Sequence record: ON528734
From: Shigella phage ESh24
Reading direction: 5' to 3' (one strand)
Length of the DNA stretch: 64,000 nt
Under the pieces are notes generated by a model. That model ran no database searches. It was not told the origin of the DNA and worked only from the letters and a program-made list of their open reading frames with translations. Positions 27,983 to 37,884 of the stretch are shown here, piece by piece; positions within the stretch are counted from its first letter, which is position 1; every line of letters starts with the position of its first letter. Both the position numbers and the translations under genes were made by a program.

Positions 27983-28762
27983 TTAAATCCAGGAACCATA
28001 GATCGTGCCTGTTGCACCCCATGATGGCGAAGAACCGAATACCGCTCTACCTGGAGCACCACCGCCGGATCTAGATAAGTGATTACCCCATCCATCTCCA
28101 CCCCGACCTCCAGCATCACCGCCATTGCCACCGCCAAATTGACTTGTATTACCACCGCCGCCTGGACCGTCATAACTAGCATTGCCACCAGGCCAATTAA
28201 CACCACCGCCACCGAGACCAAATGGTCTGCCACCGCCACCACCAGCTGTAGCATACGCGTCCCAGCTATTCTTTAACGACACTGCACCACCGCCACCGCC
28301 GCCTGATGCAATAACGCCATAGTTCCAAATGCGGAGTCGTCCACCAATATCATTTTGGATTACGTCGCCACCATTAGTGCCTGGGCTTCCATTTACGCTA
28401 CCATTACCACCTCGGCCCCACATATGAACACCACCATGAATATTCAAAGTAACATATTCGTTAGGAGTATCACCATACATGAAGAATAAAGGAACGTCTT
28501 TAGAATATGATACTAAGTTGCCTGTGATATTAAACACTATAGGAGCGCCACCGGCTTCAAAACAACGGTCACGGAACCATTGACCATTAAAGTTATGGTC
28601 TGCTCCAAGAGTGTGAATAATTTCTCTTGAACGTCCAGCGAATTGTGACATCCAAGATGGGTTCCCTAGACGTAATTCTCTAGAAGCTGCTGACATCCAA
28701 CGTTGACCTGTTTCAGCCACTGCTGATGTTCCAATCCAACCAGGTATTCCTACTACTGCCAT
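27983..28762 (-). CDS. 38: gp38, T2/T6-type receptor-recognising adhesin at the long tail fibre tip
   Basis: 259 aa; conserved N-terminal [27 protein letters not shown]; C-terminal half made of Gly-rich motifs (GGGGGG, GGGGG, GGGG) separated by short variable segments; SD GGAGG. Confidence 0.9.
   Translation of the reverse strand: MAVVGIPGWIGTSAVAETGQRWMSAASRELRLGNPSWMSQFAGRSREIIHTLGADHNFNGQWFRDRCFEAGGAPIVFNITGNLVSYSKDVPLFFMYGDTPNEYVTLNIHGGVHMWGRGGNGSVNGSPGTNGGDVIQNDIGGRLRIWNYGVIASGGGGGGAVSLKNSWDAYATAGGGGGRPFGLGGGGVNWPGGNASYDGPGGGGNTSQFGGGNGGDAGGRGGDGWGNHLSRSGGGAPGRAVFGSSPSWGATGTIYGSWI
28055..28417 (-). repeat. glycine-rich motif array inside gene 38
   Basis: aa 116-236: [52 protein letters not shown]; seen as ccacc/gccacc runs on the plus strand. 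Confidence 0.85.
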
Positions 28763-28773
28763 AAAAACCTCCA

Positions 28774-28787
28774 GGGCCCGAAGGCCC
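28774..28787 (-). other. intercistronic UUCG hairpin between genes 37 and 38
   Basis: minus strand gggcc-ttcg-ggccc, immediately before the gene 38 SD. Confidence 0.5.
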
Positions 28788-28792
28788 TTTTA

Positions 28793-31700
28793 TTATTTTA
28801 TCAATGATTTAATTAATGCTTTCAACTCAGCAATTTCAGATTTCAATTCCTTGATTTCGTCAGTATGCTCGTTGATAGTGGCAGTATTTAAACCAATAAT
28901 ACCGTTATAGTTCAAACGAAGCAGTCCGGTCTCTTTATCTTCAGAAACAAGTTCAGGAAATACTTTTTGAACTTCCTGGGCGATTAAACCGGCGGACGGT
29001 TTAACTTCATCAGTAACGGGGTTTTTAAGCAGATAAGTATAACCACCTAAGAGTTTAGATTTCTCTTGTGCGTTATCGATAAGCTTAATTTCCGATTTAC
29101 AACGAATATCAGAACGAATATAAACGTCGTTAACGTCAATGTTATCGCGAACATACATACCGGCGTTACAGTGGAAGTTAACGTTACTAAAGGTCTGGGC
29201 CAGCCCAGCTCGAATACTGAATACACCTTGACCATTAGCATACATGTTGTAGATGCCATCGCTTTCCCAGACCAATCCAGTGTCATTGTCACCAATTGCT
29301 ATGCATGGCGTAGACCAAGCGGGTTCAATACCTACACCAATACCCGCCCAACCGGAAACAATTCTTCCTGGGGAAGTAAACTGCCCGTTGGCCAAAAATT
29401 GATAAACCGCTGCAGGATGTCCTTGTTCTGGTGTATTTTCAGTTGAACGAACAATTATACAACCGGTACCCCAACCTGCGGTACCTGAACGTAAAGTACC
29501 TAGCTCTACACTTGTGTTATATCCATACCCCGTTGAAGAACTTCGTCCTTTAATAATAGGATAGTACACATTCCCGTTTAATTCGCCATGTTCTACAAAT
29601 ATAGGAGCTTCAAGGTTATATTGTAGGCTAATCATACCTGAGTTTTGAGAGACCCATCTTGTAGCATTAACGTACATACGGTTTTCACTCATTTGAACCA
29701 AGCCAAAAGCGCTTGGGCTAAATGTAATGGCGCCAGCGTCATTCAAATCAATACCGGTTGTTGTTTTATAGTTGTAAAAAGATACTGTGTCAGATTGGCC
29801 ACCTTTACCAACAAACCAACTATTAGCACCACCAACTTCTGAACGAATATGCGAACTATTAATTGCATTAGGTGCTCTAATTACTAAAGCATCATCGGCC
29901 GCAGCAATAGTTAATTTTCCGGTCATCGTATCGCCTTCTTTGGCAATACGAGTAGCTATTGCATCGCGAATATTTGTAATGTCTCCTGCTGAAGTAAACG
30001 TTTTCCAAATATCCGAGAAAATATTACCATTACGAGCAATAGCAGCTTCGCCACCGCCGACCAGAACGTTATCGGGAAAATTAACGGTACCATCGGCGTT
30101 AAATCTTGATGTATGGCCTTGTGAACCATCTTCTTTGATATGGTGTAAAACAAATGTACCCGAATTAATTTCAGTACCTAAAGACCAAACAGCTTTACTG
30201 TTTAAAAACTTCTGTTTAACAATAGGATAATATTTACTTACTGCGTCATCATCGATTTCCTGGAAAATAGGAGCTGCTTGAACATATTGAATATCATAAC
30301 CACCAGCGCCCGCGCCGTGACCAGTAAATTTAATATAACCGTTTGCTGCGAACGTATTGTAACTTGATTGTAAATCTGGAATAGTAACTTTACCAGTATC
30401 TAAAGCCATACTAAACGGGCGAAGTGGACCGATATCGCCGTGTTTACCTTCACCGTAAGCAGTTGGAATAATATGAAGACTACCTTCTGAACGTCTAAAA
30501 ATGGCTCCATAATCTGCGTTCCAAATACGAAGCGCATTCACTGCTCCAGATGAAATTTCACCTGTTGTGTGAACTCCTCTATCTCCAGCAGTAACACCAG
30601 ATGATTCAAATGAACCATTAACGTTCATTTCTACTTCGCCAGTAGTAAGTCTTTGAATATAGCTCATCCAGCTAGTTGCATCAGAAATTTCCATAATGTT
30701 TTTACGGATACCTCCGCTTGGATCAACAAACGTATTACCCCAAACTTTAATATCCATATTATCAACCGAGCTGTATCCTGTTGTGTTGCCTCTAAACATT
30801 AGTGTAGAAGAATTATTTCTACCATCTATATTAACAGAACCGCCAATAACGTCAATATTACCAGGAGTAACTAACAAACCGCCGTGAGTATTAATGTTTG
30901 TAGTACCCTTACCGCGGAAATAATGATGATAATTACCACCTTGATAATATCCTAAAAGAGTTTGACCGTCGCCGTATGCGTTATTATCGTGGTATGTTAC
31001 TACAGTAGCAAGAGCATAGTTTTCTGTCGGTGGCGTTGTCATAAGAATCCCATCCGGAGAATAACCCATAACCATTTTTCTAAGGCTTTGTGTTTCCGCA
31101 GGACCGTAAATGAAAGTTCTTGTTCCGTTGTTTACTGTATGAAAATATCCGTCCTGGTGCCATTTTAGCCCGGTATCATTATCACCAAGAGCAATCGAAG
31201 CAGTCCCTAATTCAGAATATCCTTTAGAGCCACCCGGAAGACCTATAGAAATAGAATGGCCTGCTTTCAATCCACCGGCCCAGTTAAACGACCAAAGATA
31301 AGTGTCTAAGCCATCTCCGGAATACCAGGTTATTCCGTCATTAACATTAACTTCGTGGAAAATACCTGCTCCTACAGCATTTCGCATAACACGTAGGTGG
31401 TTAATAGCCGTTTCGCCTTCTGCCATTGGAGTGTTATTTGATAATGAATAGATATCATAATCGCCTGTCTTCTTCCCGTTTGTAATAACTTTGTCGGTCA
31501 GAATTTGTGGAGACGAAATAGATTTCCATGCTGATACTTCAGGTGAAGTAAATAGGCCACTGCCTGAAAATGCATAAGTGCTTTCGCTACCAGCGGCGTA
31601 GTCTTGAACCCTGATATTAAGTACTTGTGTAGTTAAACCATCATTAGCCGGGGCATAAATGATTCCACGTTCGCGACTATTGCCATCGAAAAAACGAACA

Positions 31701-32059
31701 TGCGCTGTACCTGAACTTTTTGTAATAAGTTCTCCGCCTTCAGTCATAATCTGCCCAGCAGCAATAATATCACGAGTTACTCGAGCAATACCAGTTAAAT
31801 TAAAATTACCAGTCTGGGTGAATGTACCGTTTAAAGTATAATCACCAGTTTGGTTATAATTGCCTTTATGAATAACATTCCCGTCAATACTACCGCCTTT
31901 AGCAAAACCTAAATCAATAATATTTCCCTGGTCATCTTTAGTAAAAAGTACACGGTCTTTTAAGTTTATAGCCAATTCACCTTCGGCTAATACTGAAGCA
32001 GCTGGACGTTGACCTGCCGTTTTGCTTCTTTTAAATTGTATTTGTTTTAAAGTAGCCAT
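28793..32059 (-). CDS. 37: long tail fibre distal subunit gp37 with C-terminal S74-type intramolecular chaperone
   Basis: 1088 aa; N-terminus MATLKQIQFKRSKTAGQRPAASVLAEGELAINLKD typical of gp37; C-terminus has SDIRCK.. then coiled-coil ELKSEIAELKALIKSLIK. Confidence 0.9.
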   Translation of the reverse strand: MATLKQIQFKRSKTAGQRPAASVLAEGELAINLKDRVLFTKDDQGNIIDLGFAKGGSIDGNVIHKGNYNQTGDYTLNGTFTQTGNFNLTGIARVTRDIIAAGQIMTEGGELITKSSGTAHVRFFDGNSRERGIIYAPANDGLTTQVLNIRVQDYAAGSESTYAFSGSGLFTSPEVSAWKSISSPQILTDKVITNGKKTGDYDIYSLSNNTPMAEGETAINHLRVMRNAVGAGIFHEVNVNDGITWYSGDGLDTYLWSFNWAGGLKAGHSISIGLPGGSKGYSELGTASIALGDNDTGLKWHQDGYFHTVNNGTRTFIYGPAETQSLRKMVMGYSPDGILMTTPPTENYALATVVTYHDNNAYGDGQTLLGYYQGGNYHHYFRGKGTTNINTHGGLLVTPGNIDVIGGSVNIDGRNNSSTLMFRGNTTGYSSVDNMDIKVWGNTFVDPSGGIRKNIMEISDATSWMSYIQRLTTGEVEMNVNGSFESSGVTAGDRGVHTTGEISSGAVNALRIWNADYGAIFRRSEGSLHIIPTAYGEGKHGDIGPLRPFSMALDTGKVTIPDLQSSYNTFAANGYIKFTGHGAGAGGYDIQYVQAAPIFQEIDDDAVSKYYPIVKQKFLNSKAVWSLGTEINSGTFVLHHIKEDGSQGHTSRFNADGTVNFPDNVLVGGGEAAIARNGNIFSDIWKTFTSAGDITNIRDAIATRIAKEGDTMTGKLTIAAADDALVIRAPNAINSSHIRSEVGGANSWFVGKGGQSDTVSFYNYKTTTGIDLNDAGAITFSPSAFGLVQMSENRMYVNATRWVSQNSGMISLQYNLEAPIFVEHGELNGNVYYPIIKGRSSSTGYGYNTSVELGTLRSGTAGWGTGCIIVRSTENTPEQGHPAAVYQFLANGQFTSPGRIVSGWAGIGVGIEPAWSTPCIAIGDNDTGLVWESDGIYNMYANGQGVFSIRAGLAQTFSNVNFHCNAGMYVRDNIDVNDVYIRSDIRCKSEIKLIDNAQEKSKLLGGYTYLLKNPVTDEVKPSAGLIAQEVQKVFPELVSEDKETGLLRLNYNGIIGLNTATINEHTDEIKELKSEIAELKALIKSLIK

Positions 32060-32067
32060 AAGTCCTC

Positions 32068-32724
32068 TTAATAATAGCCGAAATCTTGAACAGAATCCTT
32101 AATTACGATTTGGTCAAATCGCGGAACATGCGAGGGTTGAGATGCAGGATTCTGTGAAAAAAGGTTTGGCGCAGTTAAATTTCCTGTCATAGTGTCTCCA
32201 GAGCGTAATACTCTAGAGTTTGCATTTGTTGTAACAATATTTATTGCCCCATCAACATAATCTTTTCTCGTAAGGTCATAATTATTTACTGGTGATAACG
32301 AAGTTGCGCGTATTTGTGATGCTTCAATTACACCCTTTGAGCTAATATCTCCGTTTCGTGTGTTAATTACTACAGTTCTACCTGCTGCCCCTTGTGATGA
32401 TTTAAAGCCGATACCATACCATGAAACAATATCCATATTTGTAGTATCATATGTAGCATTATCACCAGGACCGGCAAAAATACCGTTGTCACCTGACCCA
32501 GCACCAGGAACAGTCATTCCTTTATTAAAAATTACTTTATTTAAATATGTACCACCATTAGCTTTAGAAACGAAATCGTTATCAGCAGCTTGTGGTTTAT
32601 TATATTCTGAATATATTTTAAATGATTTATAGAGTACATCGTCACCGGCTGGATTCAATGGAAAATTTCCTTGATGCCAAATGACAGAGCCTCCAGTTGT
32701 TGAACCTACTTTTAAATCAGCCAT
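32068..32724 (-). CDS. 36: long tail fibre distal connector gp36
   Basis: 218 aa MADLKVGSTTGGSVIWHQGNFPLNPAGD..; position between 35 and 37. Confidence 0.9.
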   Translation of the reverse strand: MADLKVGSTTGGSVIWHQGNFPLNPAGDDVLYKSFKIYSEYNKPQAADNDFVSKANGGTYLNKVIFNKGMTVPGAGSGDNGIFAGPGDNATYDTTNMDIVSWYGIGFKSSQGAAGRTVVINTRNGDISSKGVIEASQIRATSLSPVNNYDLTRKDYVDGAINIVTTNANSRVLRSGDTMTGNLTAPNLFSQNPASQPSHVPRFDQIVIKDSVQDFGYY

Positions 32725-32747
32725 TGTATGCCCCTTTATTTTAATAG

Positions 32748-32755
32748 TATTTATA
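32748..32755 (-). promoter_or_regulatory. late promoter for genes 36-37-38
   Basis: TATAAATA on minus strand 24 nt upstream of the gene 36 ATG. Confidence 0.7.
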
Positions 32756-32763
32756 AAGAAAAA

Positions 32764-32781
32764 GGGAGCCCGAAGGCTCCC
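32764..32781 (-). terminator. UUCG hairpin plus T5 after gene 35
   Basis: minus strand gggagcc-ttcg-ggctccc then ttttt. Confidence 0.7.
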
Positions 32782-32786
32782 TCAAT

Positions 32787-33902
32787 TTAAACTTCTCTAA
32801 ATTCTTGCCCAAACACTTTACCAGTTTTAGACGATGCTTGTGTAGGAAGTACCATTATATCTGGAGGTGAAGCAGATTCGCAGATATAATTAACTCGAAT
32901 GCCATTAACGCCAAACTCTGCAGGTTTTGAAATGCCACCATTTCTTGACACTTCAGAAAAGCTTAAATTTCTCATACCGCCTTGACCCGCTTGTGCAGTT
33001 CTCTGTGCGTATATCGTAAATCCTACTGCATTTTCAGGAACAACTACATAATCTTCCTTTAACTCCCAAGACCCAGCTTGCCCAGTAAACTCAGCTTGGG
33101 TAGAGGAAATATATCCATTCGACGCATTATAAAAACGAATTGAAATATTAGTAGTTCCCAACGCTAATAAATCAGCATCAGCATATAGTTGTGCTTTAAG
33201 ATAAAGAACATCTCCAGGAATTAAATTATAGTCAGAAAGTTTACTTATTGCAGATGCTGTAGGTAGACGTGCAATTTCGTTATTAGTTCCACCAACAGCT
33301 GACATAAATTGCTCAACGCTTTCATATGTTCTTTTAGGAAATCCTGTCGCTCCAACATCTTCTAAACTATCAAATACTACGTCTAATATAGTTTGATAGT
33401 CATCTGTGCTTTTTCTGTTACTCAGTTTAACATGCTCTAATGCGATAGCTCTTTTAGAAGAAGTGTAAAAGGCAGCATATGATACGTCAAATCTTGACAA
33501 TAAAGAATCAGATGGAAAAGCAGATGTTCCTGCCGTTCTTAACCAAGATACTACTTCAGGAGGAAAATTAACCTTTCCGCTAGTTAATATGGCAACAAGT
33601 CTATTGCTTGAAAAAGAATTCATGAAACTAACAAAAGCAGCAGATGTTGTATCATTTGAAGTAGAAAAAACATATGACTTACTATCAACCAATGCTCCCG
33701 TGGAAGGGTCAAAAACTCTTAAATGAAGACCTGCACTAAATGTTTGACTTCCTACAGGATTATCTTGAAATTTAACATAAGGCCCTGCGGTAGAAAGCGG
33801 GCAAGAACCCGCTATACTTATTTTATATCTTACTGAATTACTTTCCGATAAAAATGGCGTTTGGACATATCCTTGTCCAAACTCTGCCATAAATTTTTCC
33901 AT
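32787..33902 (-). CDS. 35: long tail fibre hinge protein gp35
   Basis: 371 aa; SD AGAGG; 8 nt downstream of gene 34. Confidence 0.85.
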   Translation of the reverse strand: MEKFMAEFGQGYVQTPFLSESNSVRYKISIAGSCPLSTAGPYVKFQDNPVGSQTFSAGLHLRVFDPSTGALVDSKSYVFSTSNDTTSAAFVSFMNSFSSNRLVAILTSGKVNFPPEVVSWLRTAGTSAFPSDSLLSRFDVSYAAFYTSSKRAIALEHVKLSNRKSTDDYQTILDVVFDSLEDVGATGFPKRTYESVEQFMSAVGGTNNEIARLPTASAISKLSDYNLIPGDVLYLKAQLYADADLLALGTTNISIRFYNASNGYISSTQAEFTGQAGSWELKEDYVVVPENAVGFTIYAQRTAQAGQGGMRNLSFSEVSRNGGISKPAEFGVNGIRVNYICESASPPDIMVLPTQASSKTGKVFGQEFREV

Positions 33903-33910
33903 AATACCTC

Positions 33911-36900
33911 TTATTCAACCCATTCAAATTTAACAGTTTTATTCACTGGGTCAGGAATAATGCGAACATTACCAATTCGTAAGAAATCACGAATAGTAAG
34001 ATTCCCCATTGTAGCATTATCAGATGGTAAAGCACCGATATCAGACGGTTGAGGAGGGTTACCTCCATCAAATACCTGAACAAAACTTGACCAAGAATTT
34101 TTGGTTTTCTGCCATGTGCGGGTCCAACGAGTGGTACGCGCTTCTGGAGTTGTTGGATAAGTAATCCAATCTTGATAAAGCGAATCAAGTGTGTTACCAA
34201 ACTGAGTCAGTGTACCAGGAGATTTAACTTCTTCGCCACGTTCTAAATATGGAAGACCAGTCACTTCATTAGTTTTTTCAACCATTTTAAAATAACCTGG
34301 GAACTGGTTATAAGTAGCTGAATCGTTAATATCAATTGACCAGAATCCTACAGTATCAGATGTTGGCGCACGTGTATATAAGTCAGATGTTTTAGTACCT
34401 TGAGAACGAATTCTCGAGTTAACAGTTAAACCACCAGAATTTATAGTAGCACCTTTGGCGATGATTAAGCTTTCACCAATCGTTACTTGACCAGATGCAT
34501 TATTAATAGCTAATGGGCGTAATCCATTGAATCCACCAGTCTGATCACCCGATGCAGTAAGCATAAAATTCGTTACTGATCCATCATTGCGAACAATGAA
34601 ACCATAATTTCCGTTAATAGCACGGAAAGCATTTGCGCTTCGAGAAATAATTTCACCAGTTGCAGTGACTGAATTACCAAATGTTGCTACGCCATTTGCA
34701 TTCAATGTTCCTGAAGCATTAACATTTATCGGTGTTACTGTACCGTTGATATTAAATGTTATATTTCCAGCTTTATTGCGCTGAGAATAAAAATGACTAG
34801 ATGTTTCATCACTAACTTCAAATACGGTAGAACGTGTTGTATCTAATTCCCCACTAAATTGATTTCCCCACACTCTAACAGTCATCGTTTGGGCTGGGTT
34901 TGTTCCAGTTTGAGGTCCTTTCTCAAAAATCAATCGAGTTGCTGTTCCAGTATTAGAAATCGTTAGTACACTATTTGCTGTAACTGAACCACCAAACGTA
35001 GCAGTACTAGATGATACAAGAGGGGCACTCAGATTCGTTTGTTGGGTTAAGGTTAGTGAACCATTAACCGTCTGCGCAATGTCCCTACGAATGAACTGAG
35101 ATGAATCTAGACCATCCAATAAATTACTATCAGCAGCTTTTGCTTTTAACGGTAAATAATTTGCTAATACACGGTTTAATTCGTATGGTGATACTGCATA
35201 GCTATTTTTCTCATACAGTTCTAAATCTTGGGTAGAACCGACTGTATCATTACCGACAAATGTAATTGAACCAGATGAAGTTTTAACAAAGCCTCTTACT
35301 GTAGTAGTAGCTGCCCAGGTAGGTTCACTCTGTACAATCCATTTTAAATTTTTTGGAGATACAGCAGTATTTGCTGACGTTCCAGTCACAGTTTCAGACT
35401 GAGTTGCAACTTTAATAACACCTTCTTGTGCTTCAGTAGATTTAGTACCTAAAAGCTTTTTAGGAGTTATTAAAACATTATCTAATTTTCCAGCAGCAGC
35501 TTCAACTTGTGTAGCCACACGAAGTGTACCACGTTGTGTCTCATTTGCTTCAAGAATATTAAGGGTATAATGGTCCCAGAGAGTTCCTGATTCAACTAAT
35601 CCAGATAGAGCAACAACAGAAGTACGATCAGTACTATTAAATCTAGTTTTAATTTTTAATGGTGTAGAGATACGAGTATCGTCGACGCCTGCGTCGAATT
35701 CAACTTGTGTAGCAATTTCAGCTATACCACTTAAACTTTCAGTTGCTCTACGGTCATTTAAAGTTTTAGGAGTGACTGCACGAGTATAATCAGTTCCTGT
35801 ATTAACTTCAGATTGTGTAGCAATTTCAATTAATCCAATTCTTCCATCAGTTGATGTCTTTTTGTGTAACGTTTCTGGCGTTACAACAGCATTTGCCCAT
35901 CCTTCTTGACTCTGTCCAGCAATTACTTCACTTTCAACTGCTAAAATTACTGCACCTTGTTGCGTTGGAGTAGCTTTATATTGATCTAAAGCTTTAGGTG
36001 AAACAACTAAATTATTAGTGTTTTTATTATAAACGTTTGTACCATTTAATTCACGGCTAGAAGCTGGAGTAGCACCTGCAGTAGATACAAAAGTTACAAT
36101 ACCAGATAATGATTCAGAACCTTGACGAGCTTGAAGCTTTTTAGGAGTAATGATGGTTGTATCATCTGTTCCTGCGTTTGTTTCTTGCTGCGTAGCAATT
36201 TCAGCAACACCTCTGCGAGTTTCTGTAGCAGTTCTTTCATTCAGCTTTTTAGGAGTGATGATAATATCATCAGCAAAAGAGAATGTAGTATCCTGGTTAA
36301 CTTGAGCAGTAGTTGCTATTCTTGCGATACCTCTGCGAGTTTCAGTAGCAGTACGATTAGCTAACGTTTCTGGAGTAATTGCTAATTCTTTTTGTGGAGA
36401 ATTTTCTAAATCGACATTAGCTTGAGCTTGTGTAGCTAAAGCAATTACGCCTAATCTTGCTCTAGTAGAATCATTTAAAGAGTCTACTCTTTCTACAGTT
36501 GGAACGTTTTGCTGTACAACCCAGTATTTTCCATCAGAATCTTCAATATATGCAAGCTCTAAAACTGGAACATAATTAGTTTCACCGTTAAAAACTAATT
36601 CTTGAACTGTAACCCACTCAGCTCCAGGCGGATATTCTGAGCGTTTTGGGAATTGCAGCAATTGAACTGAGGAAGCAATTTTATCTTCACCAGCAGCTTT
36701 GATTTTAACTGTTTGTCCTTTTCTCATGTAATTCATGGAAATTTTAACAGTATCACCAACAGAAATATCAGTCGGAAGCTGAAGCTCAATTGTTTGAGTT
36801 GCTCCGTTATTCGCACCAAACACCATGACTTCTTCATTTGGACGAATATTAGAATTAGTTGTTATAATGCGTAAACGTGCTTTACTATCCCCGTCAAACA

Positions 36901-37780
36901 ATCTCCACAATTTCTCATTATCATCAAACATCAAGAAACCGTCAATCGTTGTACGGCCTTCAATGGAATGAGTTCCAACTTCTTGTACTGAAGTCGTTTC
37001 ATCGTATGTAGTAACAATTGTATGATAAAGCGGATTTAGTTTATCTAAATCGACGAAATTAATAATATCGCCATGATTAGCAAATCTTGGAAGTTTAACA
37101 TTAATTGGTGCAGCAGAAGTAAATCTACGTACGATAAAATCGTTGGATTGCGCTTGATAAAGACTCGCTGGAGTTACAACTGCCGCTTCTCTACTATAAT
37201 CAGCAACATACATTTGCCACAGACGATTACTAAAAATTAAAACTATCTGTGACTTTGGATGAGTCATTAGTACTGAACGTACTTGTTCACCTCTAAAGTT
37301 TACAATGCTTTGTACCGGAGCTGTAATTAAAACCTGGTTAACTCCAGGTTTTCCTCCAATATCTTGGAGAACGATAGTATCACCATCAATTGGAGAAGAT
37401 GGCAAAGTAAATGTAATGTCATTACCCGCTGCGGTGTTAACTGAAATCGATTCGCCTGATTTTAATTGATAAGGTCCTGACGAAACAGTTGTCCAGTTTG
37501 CATCGGTACGTAATGCTCTCCAGCGTCCGCTATTAAAAGCTCCTGCTGGTTTTGGAATATCATTTATAGCAGCCCAAAAGCGGTTATCATAAATGATTAC
37601 AAAATCTTTTAAATATCCACGAGTTGGATCATATTGTTGAACTGTGTTTTCTTGAATTAAGTAATCAACGTTAACACCGTCAGTTCCTACGGTACGATCA
37701 GCTAAAGCTACGTTGATTATTTTATCGCCACCTGCGTCCAGACCATCTTCTGCTCTGAACTTTCTTTTAATCTCGGCCAT
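33911..37780 (-). CDS. 34: long tail fibre proximal subunit gp34
   Basis: 1289 aa MAEIKRKFRAEDGLDAGGDKIINVALADRTVGTDGVNVDYL..; same length as T4 gp34. Confidence 0.95.
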   Translation of the reverse strand: MAEIKRKFRAEDGLDAGGDKIINVALADRTVGTDGVNVDYLIQENTVQQYDPTRGYLKDFVIIYDNRFWAAINDIPKPAGAFNSGRWRALRTDANWTTVSSGPYQLKSGESISVNTAAGNDITFTLPSSPIDGDTIVLQDIGGKPGVNQVLITAPVQSIVNFRGEQVRSVLMTHPKSQIVLIFSNRLWQMYVADYSREAAVVTPASLYQAQSNDFIVRRFTSAAPINVKLPRFANHGDIINFVDLDKLNPLYHTIVTTYDETTSVQEVGTHSIEGRTTIDGFLMFDDNEKLWRLFDGDSKARLRIITTNSNIRPNEEVMVFGANNGATQTIELQLPTDISVGDTVKISMNYMRKGQTVKIKAAGEDKIASSVQLLQFPKRSEYPPGAEWVTVQELVFNGETNYVPVLELAYIEDSDGKYWVVQQNVPTVERVDSLNDSTRARLGVIALATQAQANVDLENSPQKELAITPETLANRTATETRRGIARIATTAQVNQDTTFSFADDIIITPKKLNERTATETRRGVAEIATQQETNAGTDDTTIITPKKLQARQGSESLSGIVTFVSTAGATPASSRELNGTNVYNKNTNNLVVSPKALDQYKATPTQQGAVILAVESEVIAGQSQEGWANAVVTPETLHKKTSTDGRIGLIEIATQSEVNTGTDYTRAVTPKTLNDRRATESLSGIAEIATQVEFDAGVDDTRISTPLKIKTRFNSTDRTSVVALSGLVESGTLWDHYTLNILEANETQRGTLRVATQVEAAAGKLDNVLITPKKLLGTKSTEAQEGVIKVATQSETVTGTSANTAVSPKNLKWIVQSEPTWAATTTVRGFVKTSSGSITFVGNDTVGSTQDLELYEKNSYAVSPYELNRVLANYLPLKAKAADSNLLDGLDSSQFIRRDIAQTVNGSLTLTQQTNLSAPLVSSSTATFGGSVTANSVLTISNTGTATRLIFEKGPQTGTNPAQTMTVRVWGNQFSGELDTTRSTVFEVSDETSSHFYSQRNKAGNITFNINGTVTPINVNASGTLNANGVATFGNSVTATGEIISRSANAFRAINGNYGFIVRNDGSVTNFMLTASGDQTGGFNGLRPLAINNASGQVTIGESLIIAKGATINSGGLTVNSRIRSQGTKTSDLYTRAPTSDTVGFWSIDINDSATYNQFPGYFKMVEKTNEVTGLPYLERGEEVKSPGTLTQFGNTLDSLYQDWITYPTTPEARTTRWTRTWQKTKNSWSSFVQVFDGGNPPQPSDIGALPSDNATMGNLTIRDFLRIGNVRIIPDPVNKTVKFEWVE
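35339..36469 (-). repeat. about nine tandem ~36-40-aa phage tail-fibre repeats within gp34
   Basis: aa 438-814; units of form T-x-x-x-x-G-(I/V)-x-x-(I/V)AT-Q-x-E-x-x-x-G-x-x-x-x-x-(A/I)(I/V)(T/S)P-K-x-L, e.g. TATETRRGIARIATTAQVNQ..IITPKKLNER and TATETRRGVAEIATQQETNAG..IITPKKLQAR. Confidence 0.85.
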
Positions 37781-37814
37781 TCTCCCGGGCTCCTATTGTG
37801 TTTTCAATAATAAG

Positions 37815-37822
37815 TATTTATA
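37815..37822 (-). promoter_or_regulatory. late promoter for gene 34
   Basis: TATAAATA on minus strand 35 nt upstream of the gene 34 ATG. Confidence 0.7.
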
Positions 37823-37826
37823 CTTG

Positions 37827-37855
37827 TTTACTTTAAGATTTGGATGGTATATAAT
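37827..37855 (+). promoter_or_regulatory. T4-type early promoter for rnh, divergent from gene 34
   Basis: -35 TTTACT 37827-37832, 17 nt, -10 TATAAT 37850-37855. Confidence 0.65.
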
Positions 37856-37884
37856 AGAAATCTCACTAATTGAACGAGGTTCAT

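Noticed and set aside
27976-28276. ORFs 27976-28254 (-) and 28079-28276 (+) overlapping gene 38
   Set aside because: They are artefacts of the GGN/ACC codon runs of the glycine-rich motifs. Alternative frames of a Gly repeat stay open by chance.
37316-37339. MotA-box-like aaTGCTTtg followed 12 nt later by TAATTA inside the 5' part of gene 34, as a candidate ori(34)/oriG middle promoter
   Set aside because: The -10 is poor and I do not remember the origin coordinates. The call cannot be supported from sequence alone.
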